A DNA stretch of 64,000 nt from Eledone cirrhosa. Taxonomy: Eukaryota. The notes below the pieces were generated by a model that ran no database searches, was not told where the DNA came from, and worked only from the letters and a program-made list of their open reading frames with translations. The translations under genes were made by a program, and so were the position numbers. Positions within the stretch are counted from its first letter, which is position 1; each line of letters starts with the position of its first letter. Where the stretch lies: NCBI GenBank assembly GCA_964016885.1, contig OZ024744.1, positions 68,448,001 through 68,512,000 of the forward strand, in the 5' to 3' direction. Below, piece by piece: positions 1 through 14,562 of this stretch.

Positions 1-48
<48 letters not shown>

Positions 49-201
49 TATACATATATAATAAATGTAATCTGAGTTTTTTTCAAATATTAATAATAAC
101 ATTCGATTCGTTTGCAATTATGCAAACAAGCCTCAATTTTACAGCCATCTCAGTAGAATGAATCCTTCATTCTTGTTCTTGTGTTGGTATATATATGTGT
201 G

Positions 202-259
<58 letters not shown>

Positions 260-1023
260 ATTTAATTATTTTGTGCAAATTGAAATGTTTTCTAATAAGT
301 CTCAATAACTTTGCCGCTCGCCTCGTATTTATATAACTCCACTTGCTTATGTAACATATTTATAATACGTTTTTGAATGTATGAATGAATTCCGTAAGAC
401 AAAAAGAAAGAATTATTAATACTGTATACAGTTATTAATCTAAATAAACGAATTGTATTAACTGTGTATGCATCATTAGTAACTTCGTATCTTAATTTTC
501 TCATTATTTTCTTTTACAATTACTTTTTTTTGTCAAGCTTCGCTCGTGTTACTTTTTACTAGCATCAAACGGCTAGAAACAATATGATTTACAATTTTGT
601 CAATCTTTAAAATAACATAGTTATCGCCATATTATATATATCGCCATATTATATACGCTTCGTAATTTCTTGCTGTAAGGTTTTTCCATTGCGCATATAT
701 ATTCAACATAGTTTCGGTCGTAACCTTTCATTGCTAATATGATAGTGAAGCTATGTACCTTACATGCATCTGCGTTACTTGCAATGTCATAAATTTACAT
801 ACTCTCCTGTCACTTTAGTCCTGTGTTTTGTACGTTACACAATTTCGGAACCTTTTCATCAACCCATCCCCAACAGCTGTACTGGCTTTCGATTTAATGA
901 CGCTGTTATGAACAACAATTATTTTAACGCTTCGGCACAATAAACGAGTTGTTTTCCTTGCTTACTCTTTTCTGTAAAATACCAGCATCTCTACTTACTC
1001 TCTATCAATCATTATTGGTATCT

Positions 1024-1212
1024 AGGTCGGTGGTTTGGTAGTATCGGTAGAGTGCCAGACACTATGCTTTGCAACACCGAGTTATGGCCCTTTACGTTCT
1101 GAATTCAAATCCCACCGAGGTCAACTTTGCCTTTCATCCTTACGGGATCGATAAAATAAAGTACCAGTAATGAACCGGGATAATTGCTGGCCTTGTGCCA
1201 AAAGTAGAAACA
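1024..1212 (+). mobile_element. tRNA-derived SINE, near full-length
   Basis: A-box-like TGGTAGTATCGG, B-box-like ATTCAAATCC, central GGTCAACTTTGCCTTTCATCCTTACGGGATCGATAAAATAAAGTACC and tail GGCCTTGTGCCAAAAGTAGAAAC. About 13 copies or fragments in the window. Confidence 0.85.
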
Positions 1213-1562
1213 CTTATTTCCTCCTACACACCCACTTTTCTTTTGCTCACATCTCTTTCATTCATTCCCTCCACCTTCAGTTTTACTCGTAATTTACTCT
1301 ACATACATACACGCATTCTTACATACATTCACACACACACACACACATAAATTTCTCTAATGATTGATTTGCGTCTCGCATAACTTTACCAAAATCGATA
1401 GTTGGTGATCAATGATTGATTGCTTCGATCAATGATTGATTGCTATAATCATGAAATGGCGCCATAAGGAAAGAAGAACTTTTTCCACTTTGAAGCACAT
1501 ATTTTTCCTAAATATGTGCTTTGTGTGTGTACAATATACTACGTGATTCTCAAACGATACAT

Positions 1563-1672
<110 letters not shown>

Positions 1673-1833
1673 TCTTTCTTTCTCTCTCTCTCTCTCCCTA
1701 TCTATCTATCTATCTATATATATATATACATATATCTCTAAATTTGAATTATAAATGGACAAATCTCCATTGAGCAGTTCTACTGAGAAACATCAGTATC
1801 ATATATAATAGATATGTCCTGATACCTTAAATT

Positions 1834-1909
<76 letters not shown>

Positions 1910-2054
1910 CAACAGTGACATAAATAGGTACTCAAGTTTCGTTGGGTTCTGGGCCCCAACTCATTCAACCTGTCATGAGAAAAATAAAAACAAAGATGGC
2001 CCCTTTATTTTTCTCATGTGCTCTTCCTCTTGCATATTTCCACTTAACTTATAC

Positions 2055-2131
<77 letters not shown>

Positions 2132-2329
2132 TACACATATATATATATGCATATATATATATATATTTAAAAAAAGCACTTTCATTTTATGTTCATCCTT
2201 TCTACATTTTCTCCGGAATATAATTTATACTCGTTGAGCAAACCTGCACGTACGCTGTTCATCTCTAACGTAACGATATATTATCACTACATTATTGATA
2301 ACCTGAAATTTTATATATATCTATCTATC

Positions 2330-2562
2330 TAAGGCGGGTAAAATTCCCGAGATCCATGGACGAGTTCTCTCCAGCGGTCTCTGTCCCTCATTATCGCTGC
2401 CATGTCCTGCATCTCCAACAGACCAGTGTCTGTCCTTAGGGCATCAACATATGTTAACCTTGGTCTTCCTCTTCTAGTGTATCCATGCAGGAGCTCCCAA
2501 AGGAGCACTGAGTGCAATGTCAACTCTGGATGTCGGTGAGCATGTCCAGCCAACCTCAGTCT
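2330..2562 (-). mobile_element. RTE-clade LINE 3' fragment
   Basis: Translation [48 protein letters not shown] matches the typical RTE ORF C-terminus; flanked by microsatellites. Confidence 0.75.
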
Positions 2563-2606
2563 TCTATGTATATATATATACATATATGTATATATATATA
2601 TACACA

Positions 2607-2670
<64 letters not shown>

Positions 2671-2688
2671 TATATGTATATATATATA

Positions 2689-2890
<202 letters not shown>

Positions 2891-3467
2891 CATGTATATA
2901 TATATATATATATTGATGTTGATTTAGTTATTAATATTAATATTATTGGGCACCCACTGAAGATTTATAAGAGCCCACTTGCATAAGAATCCATTGATCT
3001 TCCACAAGTTTCTACATAACTTGGTATAATTTCACCCACCGTGTAGAAATCTTACAACGAAACGATTCGTTTGGGAAATGAGATCTTTAATATATCTCAT
3101 ATAAAATAATACAGCTAGGTGTCCACACAATACAATATAGTTAGCGCTCCAAACGTATTTCCTAATGTTTGTTGAGTGAGTGGGAAATTGGTCGGAGTAT
3201 CGCTCTTAGCTTTCTCCGTTTATATATATATATATATATATAATTTTTTCAGAAAAATGGATGATGGAGCGCGTATATATATATATGTATATATATATAT
3301 ATACGCGTTCCATCATCCATTTTTCTGAAAAAATTAATCATACACAAAACGCCAGCATCAACAGTTTTCCAAGAGATGTCAACATGAATGGGTCTGTTAT
3401 TTTTATCTAATACCAATTTTCCAATTCCACCCGCCCATCCCTTGAATCTATTTTATTTCTCATTCTT

Positions 3468-3503
3468 TCTTCTGGTGACGGACAAGCGTCCGAAACGTTA
3501 ATA
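3468..3503 (+). ncRNA. minimal type I hammerhead ribozyme motif (degenerate, CUGGUGA)
   Basis: TCTT-CTGGTGA-C-GGAC-AAGC-GTCC-GAAACGTT. Paralog of the minus-strand copy near 35998-36033. Confidence 0.55.
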
Positions 3504-3583
3504 CCCCTTCCTGCTATATTAAGCATTAACCTAATATAGTCCTACCATACACTGTACCGATTGTGTTGTTATTTCTGTTTACC

Positions 3584-3724
<141 letters not shown>

Positions 3725-3989
3725 AATATTTATTAAAATAACAGATTAAAGTTTAAGCAAAGAATCGCTGCTTTCACCCTTAATGGGATATTCTTAAACT
3801 AAAAAAAAAATCAATCTGTGACTTTTGTTTATTCTCTTGTCGATAATTGTTCTCTTAAACCAAATGTTTTGTGTTTTGTTAACTGTACTGAAACTACATA
3901 CACAAGGGTTATGAGCTAATATCGGTTCATGATTCGATCCAATCAATTTATGATGTGTATGTGTGTGGATAAAGGAGTTAGTTGTAATT

Positions 3990-4860
3990 TTGTTAGCTTT
4001 CTGTTGATGTAATTCAAATTTTGAGGTTTCTGTAATAGCTATTGTAATTGGTGCTGTTGTTAAAAGTCATGAACTATAACGTATTATAAGAGTTATCAAG
4101 GTTATTTATTGTACTGATAAAGTCCTTCTTTGCATATGACCTAACGGCATCTCAGAGATATCCTGCAACTCTATATGGCTTTCATATCTCCTGTAAGGCT
4201 TTGTATGTGCTTATACATATCTTGCTTTTACAATCTTTGTTTGTCTATTATGTTAGGAATTTGAACGAGCTCAATACATTAGGTTTTATATAATCTAATA
4301 TGTAGGTTTTGTGTTTATCTCGATTATTTTATTCTTTAACTCTCTCGTTGGCAATAAGAGTGAAGCAAACATGTTCCAACTAGGAATCGAAACTAGATAA
4401 ACCATACAGAATATCAGCTACATAGTTCGTTTAAAGTGTATCTGTACTTTACGTAAACAGACCTGTCAACTCGCCCCGTTCGACGGGAAGATTTTCCACC
4501 CATTAAGGGGTCGGTGAGAGATGGTCTTCTCTTGTGAAAATGGATATAGCTTTCGTGACGTAAAATCTCCTCATTTTGCCTCATTTCTCTCTGTTTCATG
4601 GTATTCCTTGTTTGGGTTATTAGAGGTTGGCAGGTCTTCCTAAAAATCACGTGAAATCCCAATGTTTCGGAGGAAATATTGTATTGTGTAGAATTTAAGA
4701 ATTTTCAAAGAATATTGGCAGAGGAAATGGATTGGATTAACATTGATTGGTAATGATAACCGTGTTGAAGTTTCTACTATTCCCACTAAAAGATTACCAC
4801 TTCTACATATACTGTATGATAATAAACATATCCACAGTATTAGAGTACAGAATTTAATAT
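3990..4860 (-). mobile_element. highly decayed Penelope-like element fragment (tentative)
   Basis: Only weak motifs: YIHFH, and YSIC..VGIVETST resembling GIY-YIG. Lies between hammerhead-bearing repeats. Confidence 0.25.
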
Positions 4861-4898
4861 TCAATGTGATGCAGTCATAGCGGTGTTTTGTACTTCAC

Positions 4899-4973
<75 letters not shown>

Positions 4974-5119
4974 GTGTGTGTGTGTGTATTACCAAGACTA
5001 CCTAACGGTTTTTCTTGTGCTTATTCTCTTTATTTTCGTTTATTTTTATTTTTTTACTTTACTTTGGACTACCTTTTATTTTCTGTATCTATCCTTTGTG
5101 ATCCTGTCCGTACTTTTGT

Positions 5120-5155
5120 ACTCCTGAAGAAGGGCTAAAGTCCGACACGTCGAAC
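5120..5155 (+). ncRNA. degenerate hammerhead motif
   Basis: CTGAAGA-A-GGGC-TAAA-GTCC-GACACGTC, with GAAAC mutated to GACAC. Confidence 0.4.
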
Positions 5156-5255
5156 TTTCTTTCCTCTTTTCCATATAAAGCATGAAACTAAATAGAATTG
5201 TTGTACCTCTGTTTGTTGTTTCCTTGAACTATATATATATATATATATATATACA

Positions 5256-5342
<87 letters not shown>

Positions 5343-5346
<4 letters not shown>

Positions 5347-5487
5347 CCCACTCTACTACCTTAAGTATTGAGTACTCTGGTGCGTTATGGTCCATCTGGT
5401 TCCTTACCACAACTCCTCCGTTATATATATATATATATATATATAACGGAGGAGTTGTGGTAAGGAACCAGATGGACCATAACGCAC
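5343..5487. repeat. (TA)n-associated dispersed repeat (PLE pLTR-like family), partly inverted about a (TA)n
   Basis: The same ~80 bp ACCCACTCTACTACC..GGTTCCTTACCAC unit occurs near 33385-33465, 38248-38328, 49830-49910 and 58240-58322. Confidence 0.8.
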
Positions 5488-5542
5488 TGTCAAGACTGGA
5501 ATTGAACCATCAGCACTGTTGAGATATGTCAGACATCAATTT

Positions 5543-5614
5543 ATATATTTTATCTGATGAGGACGTACTGAAAAAACAGCACAGTACCTGCGAAATATAT
5601 ATAATAAAATATAT
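5543..5614 (+). ncRNA. type I hammerhead ribozyme with palindromic loop III
   Basis: 11-bp stem I ATATATTTTAT/ATAAAATATAT, CTGATGA at 5554, stem II GTACTG/CAGTAC, then GAAA-TATATA-TA. Confidence 0.7.
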
Positions 5615-5755
5615 TTTGATTACGTTGAATGTCTATATTTATTAATATTTTGAATTAATATATATATATATATATAATTGTTTCTACTTTAGGCACAAGG
5701 CCAGCAATTACCCAGTGCATTACTGGTACTTTATTTTATCGACCCCGTAAGGATG

Positions 5756-5830
<75 letters not shown>

Positions 5831-7257
5831 CGCCACATTGTGAACTACCGGAAAAGATAAAGGAATAACAAAACAAGGATATGAAAAATTATAAGGAAAA
5901 TAATAAACAAGACAAACTACGGGATAAATTCTCCCCTAAACCACGCCCTTCCGCCCTAAAAAAGTGGGCACATTGGATAATGTAGTCAATGGTCTCGAAA
6001 TTGACAAACACAAAAACGAATAATTAAAACAGGTTAGTCACGTGTTTCATGACTTTCAAGCAAAATCTTGTTCAATCAGCGTCGAATTGGGTCTAAACAA
6101 CAACAGTAAGAAAGAAACCAATACCACCTCCAACAACAACAACATCATCATCATCATCAATAACAACAATAAAAAGAAGTATCAAGGAGTGACATCAATT
6201 TAAAATAAACCAGAATGTGTGATTGTGAAAGATAAGATATCATATCTATTTAAATTGCCATTAAACATGAGATAAAATATTTGAATAATTCATGTGCTTT
6301 TTTTCACTGATGATGGTGGTGTGGAGCAAACTAAATATACAAAAAAATATAGATACTTCTTAATGATCGTTCATTTAAATACTTTATATAAAATCAATCT
6401 CTAATGAAGGCGTAAAGGTGGAAATATATTTAATTCTAACAAAGGAAATATTTAACAGGGAGTGATTATATTAAATCTGAAAAGTGAAACAACAAAGCTG
6501 AACGCGTTTGTTAAAATAAAACATACTGGAAGAATTATCATATCCGAAACGTCAGAACATATATCTCCTCGCATCACACGAACTTATATTTTTTGAAATA
6601 TTTTACTATTATTTATGGGATGTTGTTTTTTTTCATTCCAGAATTTTACTAATTTCCTCGGATTCTAATGCCCTCTTTCTTATATAATTTGTTGATCATA
6701 ATAAGAAAATATTTTATAGAAGATAGCTCCAGGTAAGCCGCCTCAGTTTAATAGTCTGCTCCGATGTCGAATCTTACAAACTAGTCCATTCGTAATATGA
6801 TTTGCGTGTATAATTTCCTGCCCCTAAAATCGAATCAAGATACAAACACCATGCTACATTCCGCAGCGAGCTGGAATGGCTCTTCCAGAAGGTCACCCTC
6901 ACCATTCTCCGTGGAAATGCCTTCTCTATTCTGTCCACCGGGACGTGGACGGCCACTTCGTGGGCCCTCATTTACTCACAATAGTGAGAGATGGTGAGAG
7001 AGGCAGTGATAGTGGCAGTGTGGGTTTTTTTGTGTTCGAACCTGGTGTATATATGTGTATATAAGAGAGAATGAGTCTTTGCCAAAATGCAATATATGAT
7101 TTATATTTATGACTTATCCTGCTAAGATTGAACTTACAAACTGTAAGTGTGAACTTACAAAGATAACGGTAGAAACATTGTCAACTAGTGATAAGTGGCA
7201 AGCGATTTTGCAGGGTTCCAATCCCGTTAGAGAGTATGTTGCCCTTTTGTCCAAAAT

Positions 7258-7327
<70 letters not shown>

Positions 7328-7335
7328 CATGTGCG

Positions 7336-7373
<38 letters not shown>

Positions 7374-7512
7374 ATCAGAACTATTTGTAATATGCAAATA
7401 AAGTTTGTACATATGCTGCAACACTGACTTCGACTCTTTAAATATATTCGCACTCTGCACTCTACAGCTGTAACAATGTTGTTACATACCTAACACACAC
7501 ACATACACATAA

Positions 7513-7548
<36 letters not shown>

Positions 7549-7596
7549 TGGTCATGTAAAAGACACGGGCAAATAGCACGCAGCACGCACTGTAAA

Positions 7597-7762
7597 TGTG
7601 GTTGGCGTTAGGAAGGGCATCCAGCCGCAAAAATAAAAACAGACAGAAACTCTCCCATATGAGCGAGACACGGTCACCCGACCCAACATGCCTCTAATTG
7701 GGACATACCCGTCTAACCCATGCTAGCGTGGAAGATAGACGTTAAATTATGATGATGATGAT
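7597..7762 (+). mobile_element. SINE 3' portion with (TGA)n tail
   Basis: TGGTTGGCGTTAGGAAGGGCATCCAGC..AACCCATGCTAGCGTGGAA..GACGTTAAA followed by (TGA)n, an RTE-type tail. Confidence 0.55.
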
Positions 7763-8366
7763 AAAGTAGTTTAGTTTATATGAAGCATTGTGAGATATGT
7801 ACTAATTGTTGAGAACTTTAGAAAGGCAGTACAAATCGGTAGTAATATATAAAGGGCAAAGGATGACAAATAATACAAAACAAAGTAATGTTTTTTACCC
7901 AGTATATTTGAACATAATATTTTAGGAGTAGAACCCCCTTTTCAAATGCAAAACAATGAGTTCTGCCTTAACTGGTTCAGGTGTGTGGATTGCACATGAG
8001 CGGAGCAGTCATAGAAGTCACACTGCTCGAAGTAATTCTGATCTATTGATTTTTGTAGCTTCTGAGTGTTAATGATTAAAGCTTTTTAATCCTTAAATCT
8101 CTCACTTCCCTTTCCATTGCTTTTATTGTAACCTTAATGTCTCGGTGGCGTCATTGGTCAATGTGTTTTTGACAGATTATGCTCTCGACGTTATGTGCTC
8201 CTTGATTAGAATGTGTAACATCCTGACAGTACTGCCGATGTATGAGGAGCCAATCCCACTCTCTGAGCGACAGTAGCTATAACCCGAAAAGAAGAAGAGA
8301 TCAACATCATTGGTAACTACTGAGCCGCAGGTTTTATATCGGAGTTATCCCAGTTTCCTGGGATAC

Positions 8367-8459
<93 letters not shown>

Positions 8460-9149
8460 AAGTTATATATATACATACCTCTGCATGATCGGGTCGACGG
8501 CGACTAAGCCGGAAACCCATCACGCTTGCTTAATGAGGATGAAATTTTGGACACCCTGCGAGATGAAAATCAAAACCCGTCAAAGGGCGGTGGTACTCAG
8601 GAAGTACAACGGCCATCCAATAAAGTTTTTCTTTTTTTTGTGGCGGAAGAGACTCCTTGTCTACATCAAGACATCTTTCTAGGAGAAGGCCACTCTTATA
8701 TAAAACTTGCTACTACATTTGCATCCAATGATGTAGACCAGTTCTACTTTTTGTGTAAATGCATTCAATATATATAATTATATATATATATATAAATATA
8801 TCGAATGCATATACTCTATATATACTATATATATCTATGATCCGTCGTGCGGACCATGTATTGATGAACGAATTAATATTCTAAAGAGATTACGCAATAG
8901 CGATTGCCTAAACTGAAGGTGTGAATTCTTCACACGTTGTCCACACGTCTGGAAACACCTCTTACATAACTACAAAGCTCCGGATTGAACAACATCCTAA
9001 TTTTCTTATCAACAGAAACTTTCGGACTTTCGCAGTTATCTCCCTTACACCTCTCGCACGCAATTTCGTATTACCTGGGTGAAGTGACCGTTTCTGCGCA
9101 TGCGCGTCCATACGGTTGTCCTTCCTGTTCCGTATAACCATGTCCATTA

Positions 9150-9187
9150 CGAGCTGAGGATCCGCTAAGGTGAACAATTGTTTTCGG
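9150..9187 (+). ncRNA. degenerate minimal hammerhead motif
   Basis: CGAG-CTGAGGA-TCC-GCTAA-GGT-GAA-CAATTG-TT-TTCG, with one core A missing. The downstream sequence equals one arm of the 10961-11036 palindrome. Confidence 0.45.
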
Positions 9188-9216
9188 TATGGTGAACTAA
9201 CTGTTGTGTAACCCCT

Positions 9217-9247
<31 letters not shown>

Positions 9248-10222
9248 GAAAAGATTCTGGACCACGACGGCTGAGGTTCTGCCTCTTCGACAGCTAGATC
9301 CGAACTAAAGCGCCAGTAGTCGAGCGGTGGGAATCTAGTCGATCTCATCGAGGGGTATTCTCCATATATGGGCAGATTCAAAGCAGAAAAAAAAAATCTT
9401 GAAAACCTCTTTTTTTTTTTTTTTCTCCGGAAGTCGTCAGTGATCGAGGTGGGGATACCTTTATTCAAATTGCTGGTTTAGTCCTGCTAAATGTCTTGAA
9501 TTATCTATTTTCATTACACTCATGGCGGCAAGGAAAGGGGCTAGACAGAATAAAACGCAAGGGGGATTGGGTTAGTAGACACATTGACCTAAAGATGTTA
9601 AGCTAGTCAGTCATGCACACATACTATAAAGAGAGAATCTTTCTTATCAAACATTTCTAATCTGTAAAAATTGCATTGTACTTAACCACATTAAGTTCAA
9701 AAAGAAAAAAACCAACGAGAATTTTTTTATTTCGGCGTATTTAAATCAAAGGGAATAGCATAGTGCATTTATGTGTTTGTTAATTTGCTTTTTATTTACG
9801 ATTTGCTAAAAAGCTAAACATTTATAATTTATTACTATCTCCCCTCCTCATAGAGATTTCTAGTTATCAATTGCTCTACGACCCAGGAAAAGTGCCTTGT
9901 TCACTAATTTACTTATTTCAAACACCAATAAATCTACCATTAATCTTAAAGATAGTTCTAGTTATTTCGGTTTTCGTGCTATCGTAAGTTAGCTAAGAAT
10001 CTATAGTATTATGGATCCCTATTTTATATAAGTGTATTTAAACAGGTATATCAAAGCCATCGCAATACCTTGGCAAAAGGAAGTAATAGAATTGAATGCT
10101 AACTAATAGCTTTCTTTGACATTGCTAACACTATAGTTTTTACGATGGTTCTTACGTATGGATCTACTATATATGTACACATTTACTCTATATAGTAGGC
10201 GTGCCTTTGCTGCAGTACAGGA

Positions 10223-10398
10223 ATGGCGGCGTTTAAACTTGTGTCTCGTGCTTCAGCTGTGTGTCTCTGCCTGTATTGTAGCTATCTAATCGTTGGTGCT
10301 AAAGGACAATATGTTTACAATAATGAAAATATTGTACTTCTATCTAAAGATGCTTTAGGAAAAGGAAAAATGTGCCCTGGGCTTCTTCTGTATAGTGT
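10223..10398 (+). CDS. candidate host first coding exon (signal-peptide-like)
   Basis: ATGGCGGCG start, 58 open codons MAAFKLVSRASAVCLCLYCSYLIVGAKG.., ending at a GTAAGT donor in phase 2. No homology recognised. Confidence 0.25.
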
Positions 10399-10508
10399 GT
10401 AAGTGGGAAGGATTTTAAAACCAAGATCAGCTCACCTGCATTACGAGGGGGTTTGAAGGTAAGATATGTCCTATATATTCTGTGATTACACGGGTTCATC
10501 CCTTTTGT

Positions 10509-10846
10509 TTAATAATTGGTCTTTGGCAAACAGCATCTGGATCGTTTTCTCCGAGCATAAATTTTGCATTGGAAAGTAGGCTCCATTTTCAATGATAGGT
10601 AATAATTATGTGTCTTGGCAGTCCCAAATGTGGCCAGAAAGTGCTGTGCGTGTTGTGTTGCCGGGTTGCTGTAGCGGGCCGGGTGTCTAAATGAATGTTG
10701 GTGTTGGTTGTACCATGTTCTGAACTCGCCGACATAGGCCTTGTTGGAACGTTCCGTCCTCAGGTTGCACTGATAGACCACGTTTCGTTCTCGGCATCTA
10801 TTGTTGAGGGGGCACGATGATCTATCTAGACAGTTACACCTCCTAG
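10509..10846 (-). mobile_element. Penelope-like (Naiad-type) GIY-YIG endonuclease fragment
   Basis: CNC..CPLNNRC..NVVYQC..KAYVG EFRTWYNQHQHSFR pattern. Confidence 0.7.
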
Positions 10847-10895
10847 TTATGTATATATATACACACACGCACACAAACACACACACACACACTCA

Positions 10896-10957
<62 letters not shown>

Positions 10958-10960
10958 GAC

Positions 10961-11036
10961 GTGGTTACACGACAGTTAGTTCACCATACCGAGAACAATT
11001 GTTTTCGGTATGGTGAACTAACTGTTGTGTAACCGC
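10961..11036. repeat. near-perfect palindrome centred on CAATTG
   Basis: GGTTACACGACAGTTAGTTCACCATACCGAGAA-CAATTG-TTTTCGGTATGGTGAACTAACTGTTGTGTAACC. Confidence 0.9.
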
Positions 11037-11177
11037 TTCTACCTAACTCGTCCCATGGACTGAGTGCTCTACCAATACGGATATTACCTTCCAGTGTTCT
11101 ACCACTATATATATATATATATATATATGTATATAATACATAAACATAACCAATTTTCCATAATTTTATAAACATAA

Positions 11178-11282
<105 letters not shown>

Positions 11283-11357
11283 TATACGGAAAAAATGAAA
11301 CGAAATTTCATTTCTCACTCTCACTCTTAGTACGGCTGTTACTTAAATATATGTATG

Positions 11358-11719
11358 TATACGTACATACATATATGTATACAGACGTACAGTAGTATGT
11401 ATATATATATATATATATATACATGCACACGCATATATATATACGTATGGATTCACCGAACATTTATTATAATACGCAGGAAGGTATACCTTGCTGACGA
11501 TAGCTAATAAGCTTGAAACTACTACAGCGTTCCTTTGTCATTGTTGAACAAATGAGCAACGATGGTTGCTAGACTCTGTACGGCTTAATTCGGGATGTTC
11601 GTTTACAAACACACCGAGCATTATAATAAATGTTCGGTGAATCCATACGTACATATATATATGTGTGCATGTGTGTATATATACATACTACTGTACGTCT
11701 GTATACATATATGTATGTA
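11358..11719. repeat. inverted repeat (~115 bp arms) with a hammerhead-like motif in the spacer
   Basis: Arms ..GGATTCACCGAACATTTATTATAAT / ATTATAATAAATGTTCGGTGAATCC..; the spacer contains CTGACGA-T-AGC-TAATAA-GCT-T-GAAAC at 11494. Confidence 0.8.
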
Positions 11720-11735
11720 AGTATACATACTTATA

Positions 11736-11774
<39 letters not shown>

Positions 11775-11781
11775 GTATATA

Positions 11782-11846
<65 letters not shown>

Positions 11847-11865
11847 GTATATGTATATATATATG

Positions 11866-12037
<172 letters not shown>

Positions 12038-12117
12038 TATATACGTTAATCCGGGTTGAATCGGAGGTAACCACAGTAAGTAAGGTAATCAATACATAGC
12101 AGAGTATAACAGTTTTA

Positions 12118-12214
12118 ATATAGATGAGATTCTACAGGACTAGAACTGTTTCATTCATTAGAAATCATATGATTTCTAATGAATGAAACAGTTCTAGTCC
12201 TGTAGAATCTCATC

Positions 12215-12219
<5 letters not shown>
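12118..12219. repeat. perfect 102-bp palindrome
   Basis: Centred on CATATG (12166-12171). Same family as the imperfect palindrome at 37766-37864. Confidence 0.9.
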
Positions 12220-12312
<93 letters not shown>

Positions 12313-12379
12313 TTGTCTCTACTTTAGGCACAAGGCCAGCAATTACCCAATGCATTACTGGTATAATAATAATAATAAT

Positions 12380-13504
12380 GCTTTCTTTATTAACCACAAG
12401 GGTAAAAGTGCACAATGGCAAGACTAATTTAACAATGAACATATAAAAAATATCAAATAAACTATGCATAAATATAACAAAATATATTCCCCGAAAGGGG
12501 TGGACGACCCCGGGGTGACTCAGGTACCCCACCAATCCTGAACCACCCGGCACTTCTAGGGCACCCAGGGAGAGCACCCCTCTCCTCAAGTTAGCTAGAC
12601 TATAGGCGCATGGTCAGAGTAGGCCCATTGACACGGGCCATTCTCGCCACATTCATCCACCTTTTAGCAAATGTACTGGGGGACACCACTTCTCTCTCCA
12701 CCCTCATCTTCCTTTCCAGGTGAAACTTTAAGAAGTTGATGAGGGATTGGCTGAAGATAAAATTGTCTGTCTTCAGTCCTTTTAATCTGGTCCACCATAT
12801 AACCTCTTTCGCAACCGCCACCAGACAGGAAAATTTCCTGCTCTTCCATACCTAAGGAAGGTGGGGGGTCGATCTTCACTATGGACTCGGCCGATAGCCG
12901 GATTCGTTCCACACGCGGCAGTAGCTGTTCGACATAACTCCACAAGTCAGTAATGCACGGACATTGAACAAGTGCGTGCAGAACGGTTTCGTCGTTCTGT
13001 GCGCATCTTGGGCAGGTCCGTCTGACAGCACTTCTGTGCCTGTAGAGTTTATCCCGAACCGGCAGTGCCCCCCGGTAGCACTGCCAAGCGAGGGATTTCT
13101 GGAAATTGTCCATCGTCCCAGGGTCGAAAGTCCTCCAGTACAGACTGGTCAGTTCCACTTCGCCGAGGCCCAAAGCTTCTTCGAGTGCGTCATCGCACTT
13201 GCCCACCACTAATCCTCTATAGAACTCGAGAGTGAAAGTTCCACTGATCGCATTGCCCGCTTGGTAGAGGGCAGTCAGTGCCTGGCAACATTCCAGGTGG
13301 TAGTCACCCAGTCTTGTTCTCTTCTTGACCCAGGACTGCAGTTCAGTCAAAGAAACGAGCTGCGGAAAGGCCCGTCTGACAAACGGCGACCACACCTGTT
13401 CACCGTTTAGGCAGAATATCTGGAGATGTCGCAGCCTCAACCCATGTCTGCGCATCATTAGCCACGGCATTCCCAGCCCTCCGCGTAGAGGGTGCTGGCA
13501 GCAG
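12380..13504 (-). mobile_element. Tx1-clade LINE copy A, 5'-truncated (ORF2 C-terminus plus 3'UTR)
   Basis: zf-RVT-type CPRC..ETVLHALVQC; closely similar to copy B; AATAAA near the 3' end; (AAT)n on both sides. Confidence 0.92.
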
Positions 13505-14064
13505 ATAATAATAATATATATGTGTGTGTGTATTTATTTCATCAATCTCGTAATGATGACAGACGCATTTGGTTTCGGCCTTTTTAGAACATGGAACGTA
13601 AAAGACCATTAGTGAACACCGCGATGCATTTTGTCCGCCACTTAAATGATTCTGTTCATCCACTACATAAAATAAAGAAACATGAAGCCAAGTTAATTGC
13701 ACAAGATGGCTACAAGAATAACTCATTCAATTCTCAGACAAAACGTAATAAAAGATCCAAACGAACAAAAGAGAAAAAATATATACTGAAACGTAACCCG
13801 CTTAATCAGCGATGGACAATTTCTTCAGAAGGTGGTCGACCTAATTCACAAAGAAAAGTTCAAGGATTACCAAATATAAATTTGTTTTAATTGCAGTATG
13901 GAACTCAATGTGTATGTAACTCCTGAAGAAATCGTAGAGGAGCCGTAATGACATACAGCATTTCATGGGTATTTTTACCACCTGGGGGAGCCCATCTCCT
14001 TTCCATAGCATGTGAGAGAGACAGGGGTGAATTGAGGAGGAGATATAGAGGAAGAATCGACTCC

Positions 14065-14210
14065 AGTACTGGCCAGATATTTATTTTATCGACCGTGAAA
14101 GGATGAAGGGCAAAGTTGATCTCGACGGGTTTTGAAATCGGGATTTGAGAGCCGGAATGAATATCGCAAAGCATTCTATCCGACCATTTAACAATTCAAC
14201 TAATTCGCTG
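14065..14210 (-). mobile_element. tRNA-SINE, diverged copy
   Basis: TTTATCGACCGTGAAAGGATGAAGGGCAAAGTTGATCTCG core plus B-box. Confidence 0.6.
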
Positions 14211-14479
14211 GAACACAGTGGAACATATAAAGGTTTGGTATCATTGCTCGAAACAACCAAATAACTAATCTGATAGGAGGAACGCACCAGAATTGGTCAC
14301 TAAAAACTAATCGCTACTAAAAAGAAAAAGAAAAAAAAAAGACATATCATCGAACGAGGAAACCTTTGCGTGCAATCGGGAATGAAGCTTCAAACAACTC
14401 AAAGCTTCTTCTTCTTCTTCTTCTTCTTCTTCTTCGTCTCCCCCCCCCTCCTCGCCGGTACTTTTTTCGGTATCATTAG

Positions 14480-14562
14480 TGTTGAGTTACAAACAAGTAA
14501 AACCCCGACAACTCTAGACAGATACCTACATATTCTCCTGACATCATTCAGTGATAAAGAAT
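14480..14562 (+). CDS. candidate host internal exon
   Basis: Pyrimidine tract plus TTAG acceptor, open frame VELQTSKTPTTLDRYLHILLTSFSDKE, GTAAGT donor. Phase-compatible with 10223-10398. Confidence 0.2.

Noticed and set aside
8482-8860. Possible MITE with imperfect TIRs and a short acidic ORF
   Set aside because: TIR similarity is too degenerate and no TSD is visible.
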